DNA of 64,000 nucleotides, from contig CAVUWV010000009.1 of assembly GCA_963745075.1 (NCBI GenBank), positions 234,351 to 298,350 of the forward strand, given 5' to 3'. The number at the start of each line of letters is the position of its first letter. Position 1 is the stretch's first letter. Position numbers and translations under genes: made by a program. Source of the stretch: Candidatus Hydrogenedentota bacterium (lineage in GTDB: Bacteria > Hydrogenedentota > Hydrogenedentia > Hydrogenedentales > SLHB01). A model generated the notes under the pieces. That model worked only from the letters and a program-made list of their open reading frames with translations. It made no database searches and was not told the DNA's origin. Shown here piece after piece: positions 41,123-49,921 of the stretch.

Positions 41123-42443
41123 AGAAGCGTCCTTTTCCGGCATCGGCTTGCATACCGGCAATCTTACCACGCTTACCTTCAAGCCGGCTCCGCCGAACAG
41201 CGGGATCACGTTTCAGCGGATCGACCTCCCCGATAAGCCGTCGATCAAAGCCGACGTCGACAATGTCGTCGACGTTACCTACGGCACCACCATCGGTATC
41301 AACGGGGTCAAAGTCCACACCGTGGAACACGTCTTGGCCGCCATCGCGGGTCTGGGTGTCGACAATCTCAATATCGAAGTCGACGCCAGCGAAACACCCG
41401 TGGGCGACGGCAGCGCCGTGCCGTTTATGAATACCCTGCAAAAGGCCGGCGTCGTCGAGCAGAAGGCCGAGCGCAAATTCATCCAGATCAAGCAACCCGT
41501 CTACTACAAAAACGAGGACGTAACGCTCAGCGTGCTGCCGTCCGACGAGTTGCGGATCACGATGACAATCGCCTTCGATCACGTCGCCATCGGCACCCAA
41601 TACGCCTCATTCGTTATCACGCCCGACACCTTCGCAACCGACATCGCACCCGCGCGTACCTTCGGCTTCCTGCGCGACGCCAAGATGCTTCAGGAGCAAG
41701 GCCTGATCAAAGGGGTCAGTCTCGAAAATGCCGTCGCTATCGGCGACGAATCCATCCTGAACGAGGACTTGCGCTTCCCCGATGAATTCGTGCGCCACAA
41801 GATTCTCGACCTGCTGGGCGATATGTATCTTCTTGGCCGCCCCGTGAAAGGCCACGTCATCGGCGTAAAGTCCGGGCACGCGTCCCACGTCAAGTTCAGC
41901 CAGGAAGTCAAGAAAAGCCTGCTCAACGGCCGGTCCAAACGCGACGATTTGTCCCCCTTGGCCAAAATGCCGACCGTGCTCGACGTCAACATGATCATGA
42001 AGGTGCTCCCGCACCGCTTCCCGTTCCTGCTGGTGGATCGCATTCTCTCGTTCGTTCCGTTCGAACGAGTGGTCGGCATAAAGAACGTCACCGTCAACGA
42101 GCCCTTCTTCCAGGGGCATTGGCCCTCCATGCCCGTGATGCCCGGCGTCCTCATTATCGAGAGCATGGCCCAGGTCAGCTCCGTCCTCATCTTCCACGAC
42201 AACGCCCTGCCCAACAAGGTGGCCATCTTCCTCGGCATCGATCGTGCCAAGTTCCGCCGGACCGTCGTGCCCGGCGACCAGCTCATCCTCGAAGCGGAAA
42301 TGACCCAGATGCGCCGCAACGCATGCAAAGTCCGCGCCTGCGCCAAGATCGGCGACGCCGTCGTGGCGGAAGCGGATATGCTGTTTGGCCTCATGGATGC
42401 GCCCTTGCTCCGTGGAGACCGCCGCGCCTCCGATCACGAGTAA
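41097..42443 (+). CDS. lpxC/fabZ: Bifunctional LpxC/FabZ
   Basis: GIGLHTG, TVEHVLAA, APARTFG, HKILDLLGD; then LPHRFPFLLVD, FFQGH, MPGVLIIESMAQ. Confidence 0.96.
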   Translation: MENQKTIAREASFSGIGLHTGNLTTLTFKPAPPNSGITFQRIDLPDKPSIKADVDNVVDVTYGTTIGINGVKVHTVEHVLAAIAGLGVDNLNIEVDASETPVGDGSAVPFMNTLQKAGVVEQKAERKFIQIKQPVYYKNEDVTLSVLPSDELRITMTIAFDHVAIGTQYASFVITPDTFATDIAPARTFGFLRDAKMLQEQGLIKGVSLENAVAIGDESILNEDLRFPDEFVRHKILDLLGDMYLLGRPVKGHVIGVKSGHASHVKFSQEVKKSLLNGRSKRDDLSPLAKMPTVLDVNMIMKVLPHRFPFLLVDRILSFVPFERVVGIKNVTVNEPFFQGHWPSMPVMPGVLIIESMAQVSSVLIFHDNALPNKVAIFLGIDRAKFRRTVVPGDQLILEAEMTQMRRNACKVRACAKIGDAVVAEADMLFGLMDAPLLRGDRRASDHE

Positions 42444-42569
42444 GCCCGTTCCCCAGATCGGGCGTTGTTCGTTATCCGCCGCATTCCCTGATTGACGCCC
42501 TCACCAGTATCCCGCATACTGATCGCTCAACATGGTTGGAAGGGACAAACTACCGAAAGGGATGTGGCC

Positions 42570-43574
42570 ATGCACGACAACGCACATCGCACAACTCGCC
42601 GTGAATTCATGCAACAAACGGCCGTAGGGATATCCGCCGCAAGTCTTGTTCCCTCTGCATGGGCGGCGGCTTCTGAGGGCGACATGCCCACGCGCGACTT
42701 CGGAAAGACCGGCGAAAAAGTTTCCATGCTCGGCGTCGGCGGCCACGCCGTCGGCCAAATCCAGGACGACCAGGAAGCAGTCGACTTCATTCGGGAAGCC
42801 ATCGACCTCGGTGTGACGTTCCTGGACAACGCCTGGGAGTACCACAACGGTCGCTCCGAAGAGCTGATGGGCCGCGCCTTGCAGGACGGCTACCGTGACA
42901 AAGTCTTCCTCATGACCAAACACCACGGCCGCAATGACAAAGCCATGGCCATGCAACATCTCGAGGACAGTCTCAGGCGCCTTCAGACCAACCACCTCGA
43001 CCTTTGGCAGTTCCACGAGGTCGTATACCCGGACGACCCGGAGATGATCTTCAGCGAGGGCGGCGCCATCGAAGTCGCGGTCGAAGCCCGGGAACAAGGC
43101 AAAGTGCGGTACATCGGATTCACGGGCCACAAAGATCCCGCCATCTTCCTGGACATGTTGAACCGCGATTTCAAATGGGATGCCGTACAGATGCCCGTGA
43201 ACGTCATGGATCCTCACTACCGCAGTTTCATCAAGGAAATCCTGCCCATTCTCAACGAGCGGGGCATCGCGCCCATCGCCATGAAGACCCTCGGCGGCGG
43301 GAACATCCTGAAAGCAAACGTAGTCGAACCGGCGGAAGCCCTACGCTTCGCCTGGAGCCAGCCGATTGCGACCCTCGTCTCCGGCATGAATTCGCGGGAA
43401 GTGCTCCACAAGAACGTCGAGACCGCCCGCCAATTCACTCCCATGGCCGAAGACGAACAAGTCACGTTACTGGCGAAAACGAAACCGCTCGCCCTGGACG
43501 GAAAATTCGAACCCTTCAAATCGTCCAACGCGTACGACGGCCCCGTCGGGCGAAAGATCCACGGGATCGCCTGA
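42570..43574 (+). CDS. Aldo/keto reductase with Tat signal
   Basis: TRREFMQ; FGKTG, FLDNAWEY, MTKH, QFHE, GKVRYIGFTGHK. Confidence 0.9.
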   Translation: MHDNAHRTTRREFMQQTAVGISAASLVPSAWAAASEGDMPTRDFGKTGEKVSMLGVGGHAVGQIQDDQEAVDFIREAIDLGVTFLDNAWEYHNGRSEELMGRALQDGYRDKVFLMTKHHGRNDKAMAMQHLEDSLRRLQTNHLDLWQFHEVVYPDDPEMIFSEGGAIEVAVEAREQGKVRYIGFTGHKDPAIFLDMLNRDFKWDAVQMPVNVMDPHYRSFIKEILPILNERGIAPIAMKTLGGGNILKANVVEPAEALRFAWSQPIATLVSGMNSREVLHKNVETARQFTPMAEDEQVTLLAKTKPLALDGKFEPFKSSNAYDGPVGRKIHGIA

Positions 43575-43590
43575 GCTTGCGGTAGGAGAT

Positions 43591-44697
43591 TTAGCGGCGC
43601 CGGAATCGGAAGGGACGCCGCCGCCGCTCGCCCGAAAACCGGGCAACCGGCACGGAAGGTTCTTCACTGCGGGTAGTAGAGGGCAGGAAGTTGTTTTCAC
43701 CGGTCCCCGTAGACCGGTCTGCGCTTTCCAGATAAGCGGATTCCGTCGAATCCCGGATGATCTCCGGGCCCTGCGAAAGATGCTCGGGTGACGTCGCCCA
43801 CGCCGGACGGAGCACCGCCTTGGGCGCCTTGTTGGGGATCAGGCTGTAACCGATGATGTCGCCCAGGTCCAACAGGAAGGCCAGAAACAGAATCAGGATC
43901 TCCATCGGGCCGACATGGCGGAAGTCGAACAGCTTCTCGAAGACCAGCATGAAGGGCATTTCCTGCTTGACCACGTCCGGAAGTGGAACGCCGGCCTCCG
44001 CGCCGACATCCTTCACCGTCACCCGTAATTTCTCCTGCAACTGATGGATGTCATCCAATGACGTTATCTGCGTGGTGGCAAGCAAGGTGTCCGCTTCGTT
44101 CTTCTTGGCCAAGGCTTCATTGATCGCATCAAGTTCGACTTGTGCTTGCTTCGACAGCAGCGTCAGTTCGTAATCTTCCTTGCGGGCTTCGGACCCGTAC
44201 CCGGCCGGTCGTTGCCGCAGGCCGCGTATCTCGGACTCCAATTCGCCTTCCTGTTTCGCGACGGTCTTCAATAGCGCTTCTTTGCGGCTGCCCAGCACCC
44301 CCTGCACCTCGCTCAGGTAATTCTCGTACGCGCTCCGCATATGCTGGTCGGACTGGCGCAGGAAAAATTCCTTGTCTGCCGTGCGGTACAGCACATCCAT
44401 ATTGAAACAAATGGAAATAAAGGCGATGACGGTAAGCCCGATCAGGCCCAGGGCGTTGAGGCGCTTTTGTCCGTCCACAATGGCGAGTTTCAACGCGAAA
44501 AGCATCAGCCCGATCGCCACCGACAGCAAGAGGGCCATCGTGGCGCAGTCCTTCCAAACGACCCCATTCCCCAGGGGAATATTGATCGCGGGACCCGGGA
44601 GTATGGAATCGCTCAAGCTCTTGTACGTCGTCCACATGGACACAATCGTGAACAGGACCATCGCGCAATACAGCGCCACTCGCGTCGAACCCTTCAT
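43591..44697 (-). CDS. Hypothetical membrane protein with a large coiled-coil (DUF4407-like architecture)
   Basis: Three N-terminal TM helices, coiled coil with E..G...PAGYG, one C-terminal TM helix; GGAGG RBS. Confidence 0.6.
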   Translation of the reverse strand: MKGSTRVALYCAMVLFTIVSMWTTYKSLSDSILPGPAINIPLGNGVVWKDCATMALLLSVAIGLMLFALKLAIVDGQKRLNALGLIGLTVIAFISICFNMDVLYRTADKEFFLRQSDQHMRSAYENYLSEVQGVLGSRKEALLKTVAKQEGELESEIRGLRQRPAGYGSEARKEDYELTLLSKQAQVELDAINEALAKKNEADTLLATTQITSLDDIHQLQEKLRVTVKDVGAEAGVPLPDVVKQEMPFMLVFEKLFDFRHVGPMEILILFLAFLLDLGDIIGYSLIPNKAPKAVLRPAWATSPEHLSQGPEIIRDSTESAYLESADRSTGTGENNFLPSTTRSEEPSVPVARFSGERRRRPFRFRRR

Positions 44698-44911
44698 GTA
44701 TGCCTCCCAACCCGTGCCCCGGGCGATTCGGGCAGTAAAAACGGTAGATCCCGCCTGCTGGACCTCTTGTGTAACGACACCCACACCGATATAGACGACC
44801 CGCCAGCAACCGACCGCAACACGTTCACCAACGGTTTATATGTTATACACCCAATCGCGCGAGAGTTCCAAGGCGGGAAGGCGCTTGATCGCCCGAAGTG
44901 CGAAAACGATG

Positions 44912-45020
44912 GCGACACCCGGGACATCAGGGACTTCAGGTACCACGTTGAGCGCAGAAACTCATATCTTCGCTGCTCCTCTCATCCCTGCTGTCGCTGA
45001 TGTCTCTGCCGTCCCTGAGA
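44912..45020. repeat. Inverted array of 9-nt units
   Basis: GCGACACCC-GGGACATCA-GGGACTTCA versus TCCCTGCTG-TCGCTGATG-TCTCTGCCG-TCCCTGAGA. Confidence 0.55.
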
Positions 45021-45037
45021 TCCGAGCCGTCCGGAAG

Positions 45038-45066
45038 TTGACAATTCCCCCAGAAATCCGCAGAAT
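45038..45066 (+). promoter_or_regulatory. Sigma70-type promoter of rpmG
   Basis: TTGACA-17 bp-CAGAAT. Confidence 0.6.
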
Positions 45067-45177
45067 ATGTCCTTCTTGCACCCAGGATCCGTCTATCCGG
45101 CGGATCTCCGGGCGCAGCCGCAATACGATTGCTGGTGAAACGAACTCTATCCGGCGTGCCGGGTGAGGAGAGGTAGC

Positions 45178-45348
45178 ATGGCCAAGGCAAAAGGTAACGT
45201 TGTACAGGTGATTCTGGAGTGCACGGAAGCCCCCGGCACGTCCCGGTACCACACAAAAAAGAATGTGCGGACCTCGACGGGCCGGATGGAGCGCAAGAAG
45301 TACAACGCGAAGCTCCGTAAAGTCACCCTGCACCGCGAAAAGAAATAG
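45178..45348 (+). CDS. rpmG: 50S ribosomal protein L33 (single-Cys type)
   Basis: [35 protein letters not shown]; strong RBS. Confidence 0.95.
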   Translation: MAKAKGNVVQVILECTEAPGTSRYHTKKNVRTSTGRMERKKYNAKLRKVTLHREKK

Positions 45349-45362
45349 CACCCGTCTTTCAT

Positions 45363-45404
45363 CCCCGTGCGACCTGCGCCGATCCGGCGTATCGTGCGGG
45401 GTTT
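45363..45404 (+). terminator. Probable terminator after rpmG
   Basis: CCCCGTGCGA...TCGTGCGGGG stem followed by TTTG. Confidence 0.5.
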
Positions 45405-45600
45405 GTATGTCCACCGAAGGCGCCCGCACGCAAGGCATACCGATGGGAGCGCCATTCCACTGCGCGCTCGTGACGCTGCGATTCGGCTACAGGTTTCGCT
45501 ATACTACCCGCGATGGTTACGCGAACAGGCTACGGACCGAGGATTTCATGTGCGATGAGTGAACGTGAACGGCGGGCCGGCTCCGAATGCACGTGACGCC

Positions 45601-46530
45601 ATGAACGTCGATATCGTCGTCGTCAGTTACAATACGCGGGACATCCTCGCCTCGTGTTTGCGCTCCATCGCCGCCACCTGCCGTACCGACCGGCACGTCA
45701 ACACCATCGTCGTGGACAACGCCAGCACCGACGGTTCCGCGGATATGGTTCGCCGCGTCGCCCCCCGCACCCAGCTCATTGAATTGGACCAGAACATCGG
45801 GTTTGGTCCCGCAAACAATCGCGGTATGGCGGCTGGGACCGCGCCCTATATCCTTTTCCTTAATTCAGATGCAGAGCTTACCCCGGGGGCCGTCCAAACG
45901 CTGAGAAGATTCCTCGACGACCATCCCGACTGTGCTGCCGTGGGCCCGCGACTGGTGCACCCCGACGGTTCCTTCCATGCATCCTGCCGCCGGTTTCGCA
46001 CGGTCCCTCGAAACTTCTGGAATACGGCGGGCCTTCACGTGCGGTTCCCGAAACTCTTTCCTTTCCTCCACGATTGGCTGCGCGAAGACGAGCACCGTAC
46101 CGGCCGGCGCGTACCGATGATTTCCGGCGCGTCCATGATGATCCGGCGCGACTACCTCGAAAGCATCGGCGGGTTCGACGACAGCGTGTTTCTCTACGAA
46201 GAGGAGATGGACATCTTCCTGCCCGCGAAACGCCACCGCAAGAAGGTCTGCTTTTGCGGCGAGGCGACCGTTATCCACCACCATGGCGCCAGTTCCGGCG
46301 AGACCAAACAGCTCAGCGATACGGTCCTGCTGCACGCGTACCGCAGCAAATACTACGTGTACCGAAAACATCGCGGGCGTATTCGCGCGCGGATGCTGTA
46401 CTGGTCGGATCGAATCCCGTACGGGTTGTCGGCTATCCTGAACCGGCTCCGCAAACGGCAGACCCCGTCCGCGCGGCATTACGCGTTCTGCCGATGGGGG
46501 TTTATCGAATCCTTCAACGGGCTGGAGTGA
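45601..46530 (+). CDS. Family 2 glycosyltransferase (WbbL-like)
   Basis: IVVVSYN, VVDNASTDGS, NIGFGPANN, LFLNSD, GGFDD..FLYEEE.D. Confidence 0.92.
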   Translation: MNVDIVVVSYNTRDILASCLRSIAATCRTDRHVNTIVVDNASTDGSADMVRRVAPRTQLIELDQNIGFGPANNRGMAAGTAPYILFLNSDAELTPGAVQTLRRFLDDHPDCAAVGPRLVHPDGSFHASCRRFRTVPRNFWNTAGLHVRFPKLFPFLHDWLREDEHRTGRRVPMISGASMMIRRDYLESIGGFDDSVFLYEEEMDIFLPAKRHRKKVCFCGEATVIHHHGASSGETKQLSDTVLLHAYRSKYYVYRKHRGRIRARMLYWSDRIPYGLSAILNRLRKRQTPSARHYAFCRWGFIESFNGLE

Positions 46531-46555
46531 TTGTTGGGGGGCACGGACGTTCCTG

Positions 46556-49432
46556 CTATTCGCCCGTCCCGGCGCCCAATGGAATATTCAATACCGGCGA
46601 TTCATTACCGATGGTGACGTTTTGCCGGTACACCGGCGTGCGCGGCATGTTCATCAGCGCATTCAGGTCCGGACCGTTCTGATTCATGTCCAGCGTGTAC
46701 ACCTCGAGGATGTAGTCGCCCGGTTCCACGCCGTCGATAGAAAAGGATCCGTCGGGGCCGACCGTCGACTGTCCCGCAAGATACCGCATCGAATCGAACA
46801 GGTCGCCCAGATTGGTCAGATCGAGATTCTCCAGTGACGGACCGCCCGGTCGCCGCAGCGCCACGACCGTTACGCCGTCGCCAGCGCCTGATACAACCCC
46901 GGCCACGGGAACGCCAGCCCCCCCGCCGAGGTCTACGTCCGTTACCTGGCCGTCCACGATGTCCACCACCTCCGGCTTGAATTGAATTTCCTGGTCATCC
47001 GTCGCAATCTGCGCGGGGTTGAAGCCGGCAATCATGTAGGACCCCGAAGGTAGGCCGGTCACATCGAACAGGCCCTGACTGTCTGTCTGAACCATTTGGA
47101 ATCCCGACGAACCCACGACCATGATCGTCGCGTTTTTCTGCGGCTTGCCATTAACGGTGTAACGGCCCTTGGCCTTGCCGCCTTTGCCCATGACGACGCG
47201 ATACCCCGTCACGTCGCGACCGCGAGAGACCTGCACATCCGGCACGATGGCTTTCGCGTAGTCGCTGTGCGACGCCACCAGCTTGTAAGTCCCCGCTGGG
47301 ATATTTCGAATGATGAACGCGCCGATTTCGTCCGAGGTGGTTGATCCGGCCGAACTCTGCATCGCCGCAGGCAGGAATTGCGACACCATGTCGGTGGTAG
47401 GATTCTCGCCGGTCGGAACCAGTTGGACATACGCTCCCCGGACCAATTCGCCGTTGCTGCCAACGACCGTTCCGCTGAACGTGACCCCGGGATCGAGCAC
47501 CAGGCGCAGGTTCGTCACCTTCTGTCCGGGCGCAACGGTTAGCCCATCCGACTCCGCCGTGCCTTCCGCAGCCGTTTTGGCTGCGACCGTATAGTTCCCC
47601 GGCGCCACCTTCGGAAACTCGAACCGGCCGTAGGCATCGGTAGTCTTGCCGCCGGAGTCCTGCCGGAAAAGCCCGCGCATGATCGTCGCGATATTGGGTT
47701 CCGGGGCGTTCTCTTGCAGATCCTTCAATTCAACGGTCGCACCCGGTACCGGTTCGCCGGTCGCGGCGACCACGACTCCGCCGATAACCGCCGGCGCTTG
47801 CAGTCGAATGGTAATGTCGGATCCCACCGTTATCGCGGGTTGCTTCGCCATGCCTACCGTGTCGTCGACGGCGATGTCATACGCGACGCCGCGCAGCTTG
47901 GTCAACTCGAACCGGCCGTCCTCGTCCGTAGATGCGCCGGCGGTTTCGCGAGGATTGTCCACCCGTTTCGCATCCACCCGCACGTTGGCTGCCGGCGTTC
48001 CGGTGGGGGAGAGGACAACGCCCGCAATCGTCCCGGCGCCTTCCTTCGCATCGGGCTCGGGTTGAACGACGATTTCGAGACCCGTGACATCGTTCGTCCC
48101 GTCCACGTCGACCGGCACGGTATTCGAAGTTTGCCCAAAACCGCGGGCGCCCGGCTCGCGCTCTTGCCGAAGGACGTACGACCCCGCGCTGACGTGGTCG
48201 ATCCGAAACGTGCCATCCGGTTCCGTCGCGGCCACACCGGGCCCGGAGAACGCTTGCCAATCTTCACTGGATGATGGAAAGAGCAGGAGCCGGATTGCCG
48301 GCGCAGGCGTGCTGTCTGGAAACCGGGCCGTCCCCGACACCGTACTCCCCGGGGCGACGACCAGATCGACGTGGGCCTTGGGCGAGGTCTTGGTAAGGGA
48401 GAACGGCTCGCTCCGCGCTGCGGCATAGTCGTCCGCACGCACCACCGCGCGAATTTCCGTGTCGTAGTCCACCCCCAGCAGCGTGAACGTCCCATCCGCT
48501 TCCGTATGGCCACGTATCGGCTCCAAAACATTCGGGTCCAGCGTGTCCATCCCGCGGAACGCGGCGCTCAGCATCTGCGTCGGCATGAGTATCACCTGCA
48601 CGTCTTCAACCGGCCCGCCCGTGCCGTCCCGTACCGTCCCCGTGACGGTCCCGCCACGCTCCAATGCAAAGTTCACGCCACCGTAGTCCGTCGCTTCGGC
48701 GACATCCAGGGACACCGTGCTTTCTGGCTTGAACAAGTACGCCGTGTCGCGCACGTCCACCGTCACGCGGTAAGACCCCGGTGGAATGCCTTCGACCGTG
48801 TACATCCCCGCATCGTTCGTCGTGGCGGACTGGGCTTCGACGGAATCGCGGTTTCGTCGGCGCATCAGATTGAACACCGTTTCCTGCGCACCGACGATTC
48901 GCACCGCAACGCCCTCGACGCCTTCACCGGTATCAACGTCCGTCACCGTTCCCGCGACGCTGCTGCCCGGACGCAATTGAAAATCGAGCCGCACGGTATC
49001 GCCGGCATTCCCCGCGTAGCTCAGAACGGACGGTGTGTAGCCGTCCGCGCTGCACCGCACAGTACCGTCTGCCGAAGGCGGCGCTTCCAGGATGAACGCG
49101 CCGTTCTGGTCGGTCGAAGTATCCACACGGTCTTCACCAGCCCGCGCCAGGACAAACGCGTCGTGGATCGGCGCATTGGTCTCCGCGTCGATAACGGTCC
49201 CCAGGATTCGAACCACTTCAGCAGGTTCATCGGGCGATTCGGACTCGACCCGTGAAGACGGCTCCTCAGCAGCGGAAGGCGGCGCTTCGTGCGCAACAGT
49301 CGTTGTTTCCGGTTGGAGCGATGGCGGCGTCTCCAGCACGTCCGGGCGTGTAGGCTGGTACACCACCAGCAGAATGATCGCTACGGCGCACGCCGCCAGA
49401 ATGAGCCCGATGAGAATCTTGATGCTACGCAT
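46556..49432 (-). CDS. Membrane-anchored protein with multiple carboxypeptidase-regulatory-like (beta-sandwich) repeats
   Basis: Repeated G.V.D..G.PV....V / TD..G.F / PG.Y units after an N-terminal TM helix. Confidence 0.85.
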   Translation of the reverse strand: MRSIKILIGLILAACAVAIILLVVYQPTRPDVLETPPSLQPETTTVAHEAPPSAAEEPSSRVESESPDEPAEVVRILGTVIDAETNAPIHDAFVLARAGEDRVDTSTDQNGAFILEAPPSADGTVRCSADGYTPSVLSYAGNAGDTVRLDFQLRPGSSVAGTVTDVDTGEGVEGVAVRIVGAQETVFNLMRRRNRDSVEAQSATTNDAGMYTVEGIPPGSYRVTVDVRDTAYLFKPESTVSLDVAEATDYGGVNFALERGGTVTGTVRDGTGGPVEDVQVILMPTQMLSAAFRGMDTLDPNVLEPIRGHTEADGTFTLLGVDYDTEIRAVVRADDYAAARSEPFSLTKTSPKAHVDLVVAPGSTVSGTARFPDSTPAPAIRLLLFPSSSEDWQAFSGPGVAATEPDGTFRIDHVSAGSYVLRQEREPGARGFGQTSNTVPVDVDGTNDVTGLEIVVQPEPDAKEGAGTIAGVVLSPTGTPAANVRVDAKRVDNPRETAGASTDEDGRFELTKLRGVAYDIAVDDTVGMAKQPAITVGSDITIRLQAPAVIGGVVVAATGEPVPGATVELKDLQENAPEPNIATIMRGLFRQDSGGKTTDAYGRFEFPKVAPGNYTVAAKTAAEGTAESDGLTVAPGQKVTNLRLVLDPGVTFSGTVVGSNGELVRGAYVQLVPTGENPTTDMVSQFLPAAMQSSAGSTTSDEIGAFIIRNIPAGTYKLVASHSDYAKAIVPDVQVSRGRDVTGYRVVMGKGGKAKGRYTVNGKPQKNATIMVVGSSGFQMVQTDSQGLFDVTGLPSGSYMIAGFNPAQIATDDQEIQFKPEVVDIVDGQVTDVDLGGGAGVPVAGVVSGAGDGVTVVALRRPGGPSLENLDLTNLGDLFDSMRYLAGQSTVGPDGSFSIDGVEPGDYILEVYTLDMNQNGPDLNALMNMPRTPVYRQNVTIGNESPVLNIPLGAGTGE

Positions 49433-49538
49433 TGCGGCAACCAATGGAGTTGAAGGTCAATCTACGACAAGTGTCTCGCCAGTTAGACCCCGGATACGGG
49501 CGAGTTGTTTCCACGCACCGTTTGCGTTCATTTCTTGG

Positions 49539-49565
49539 ATCTGTGAAAATCGGTGTAATCTGTGG
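49539..49565. repeat. Short ATCTGTG-type tandem repeat
   Basis: ATCTGTGAAA-ATCGGTGTA-ATCTGTGG. Confidence 0.45.
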
Positions 49566-49612
49566 ACAGATAGTTCTTTCGCGTTGCCACCGCGGCGGCG
49601 AGAACGCTTTCG

Positions 49613-49921
49613 TCAGAACAACAACTCGTCCTCGCCTTCCTCCGAGTCGTTTGAATTCTTCCTGGTCTTCTTCTTGGAGGACGCGTCCTCGTCTTCCGCA
49701 TCATCACCAAATGGCTGCGCTTCCAGCTCGCCATCCGCGTTCTTCGTGAGGATTTCGATCTTCTTTTCCGCTTCCGACAACGCCTTCTCGCACCGCTTGG
49801 CCAGTTTGATCCCTTCCTCGAACCGTTTCATGGCGTCGTCCAGCGACAACTCGCCCTCTTCCAGGGCCGTCACGATCTCCTCGAGTTTTTCCAAATCCTT
49901 CTCAAACTTGGGTTCAGCCAT
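49613..49921 (-). CDS. xseB: Exodeoxyribonuclease VII small subunit
   Basis: FE..L.KLEEIV..LE.GELSLDDAMKRFEEGIKL..C. Confidence 0.96.
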   Translation of the reverse strand: MAEPKFEKDLEKLEEIVTALEEGELSLDDAMKRFEEGIKLAKRCEKALSEAEKKIEILTKNADGELEAQPFGDDAEDEDASSKKKTRKNSNDSEEGEDELLF

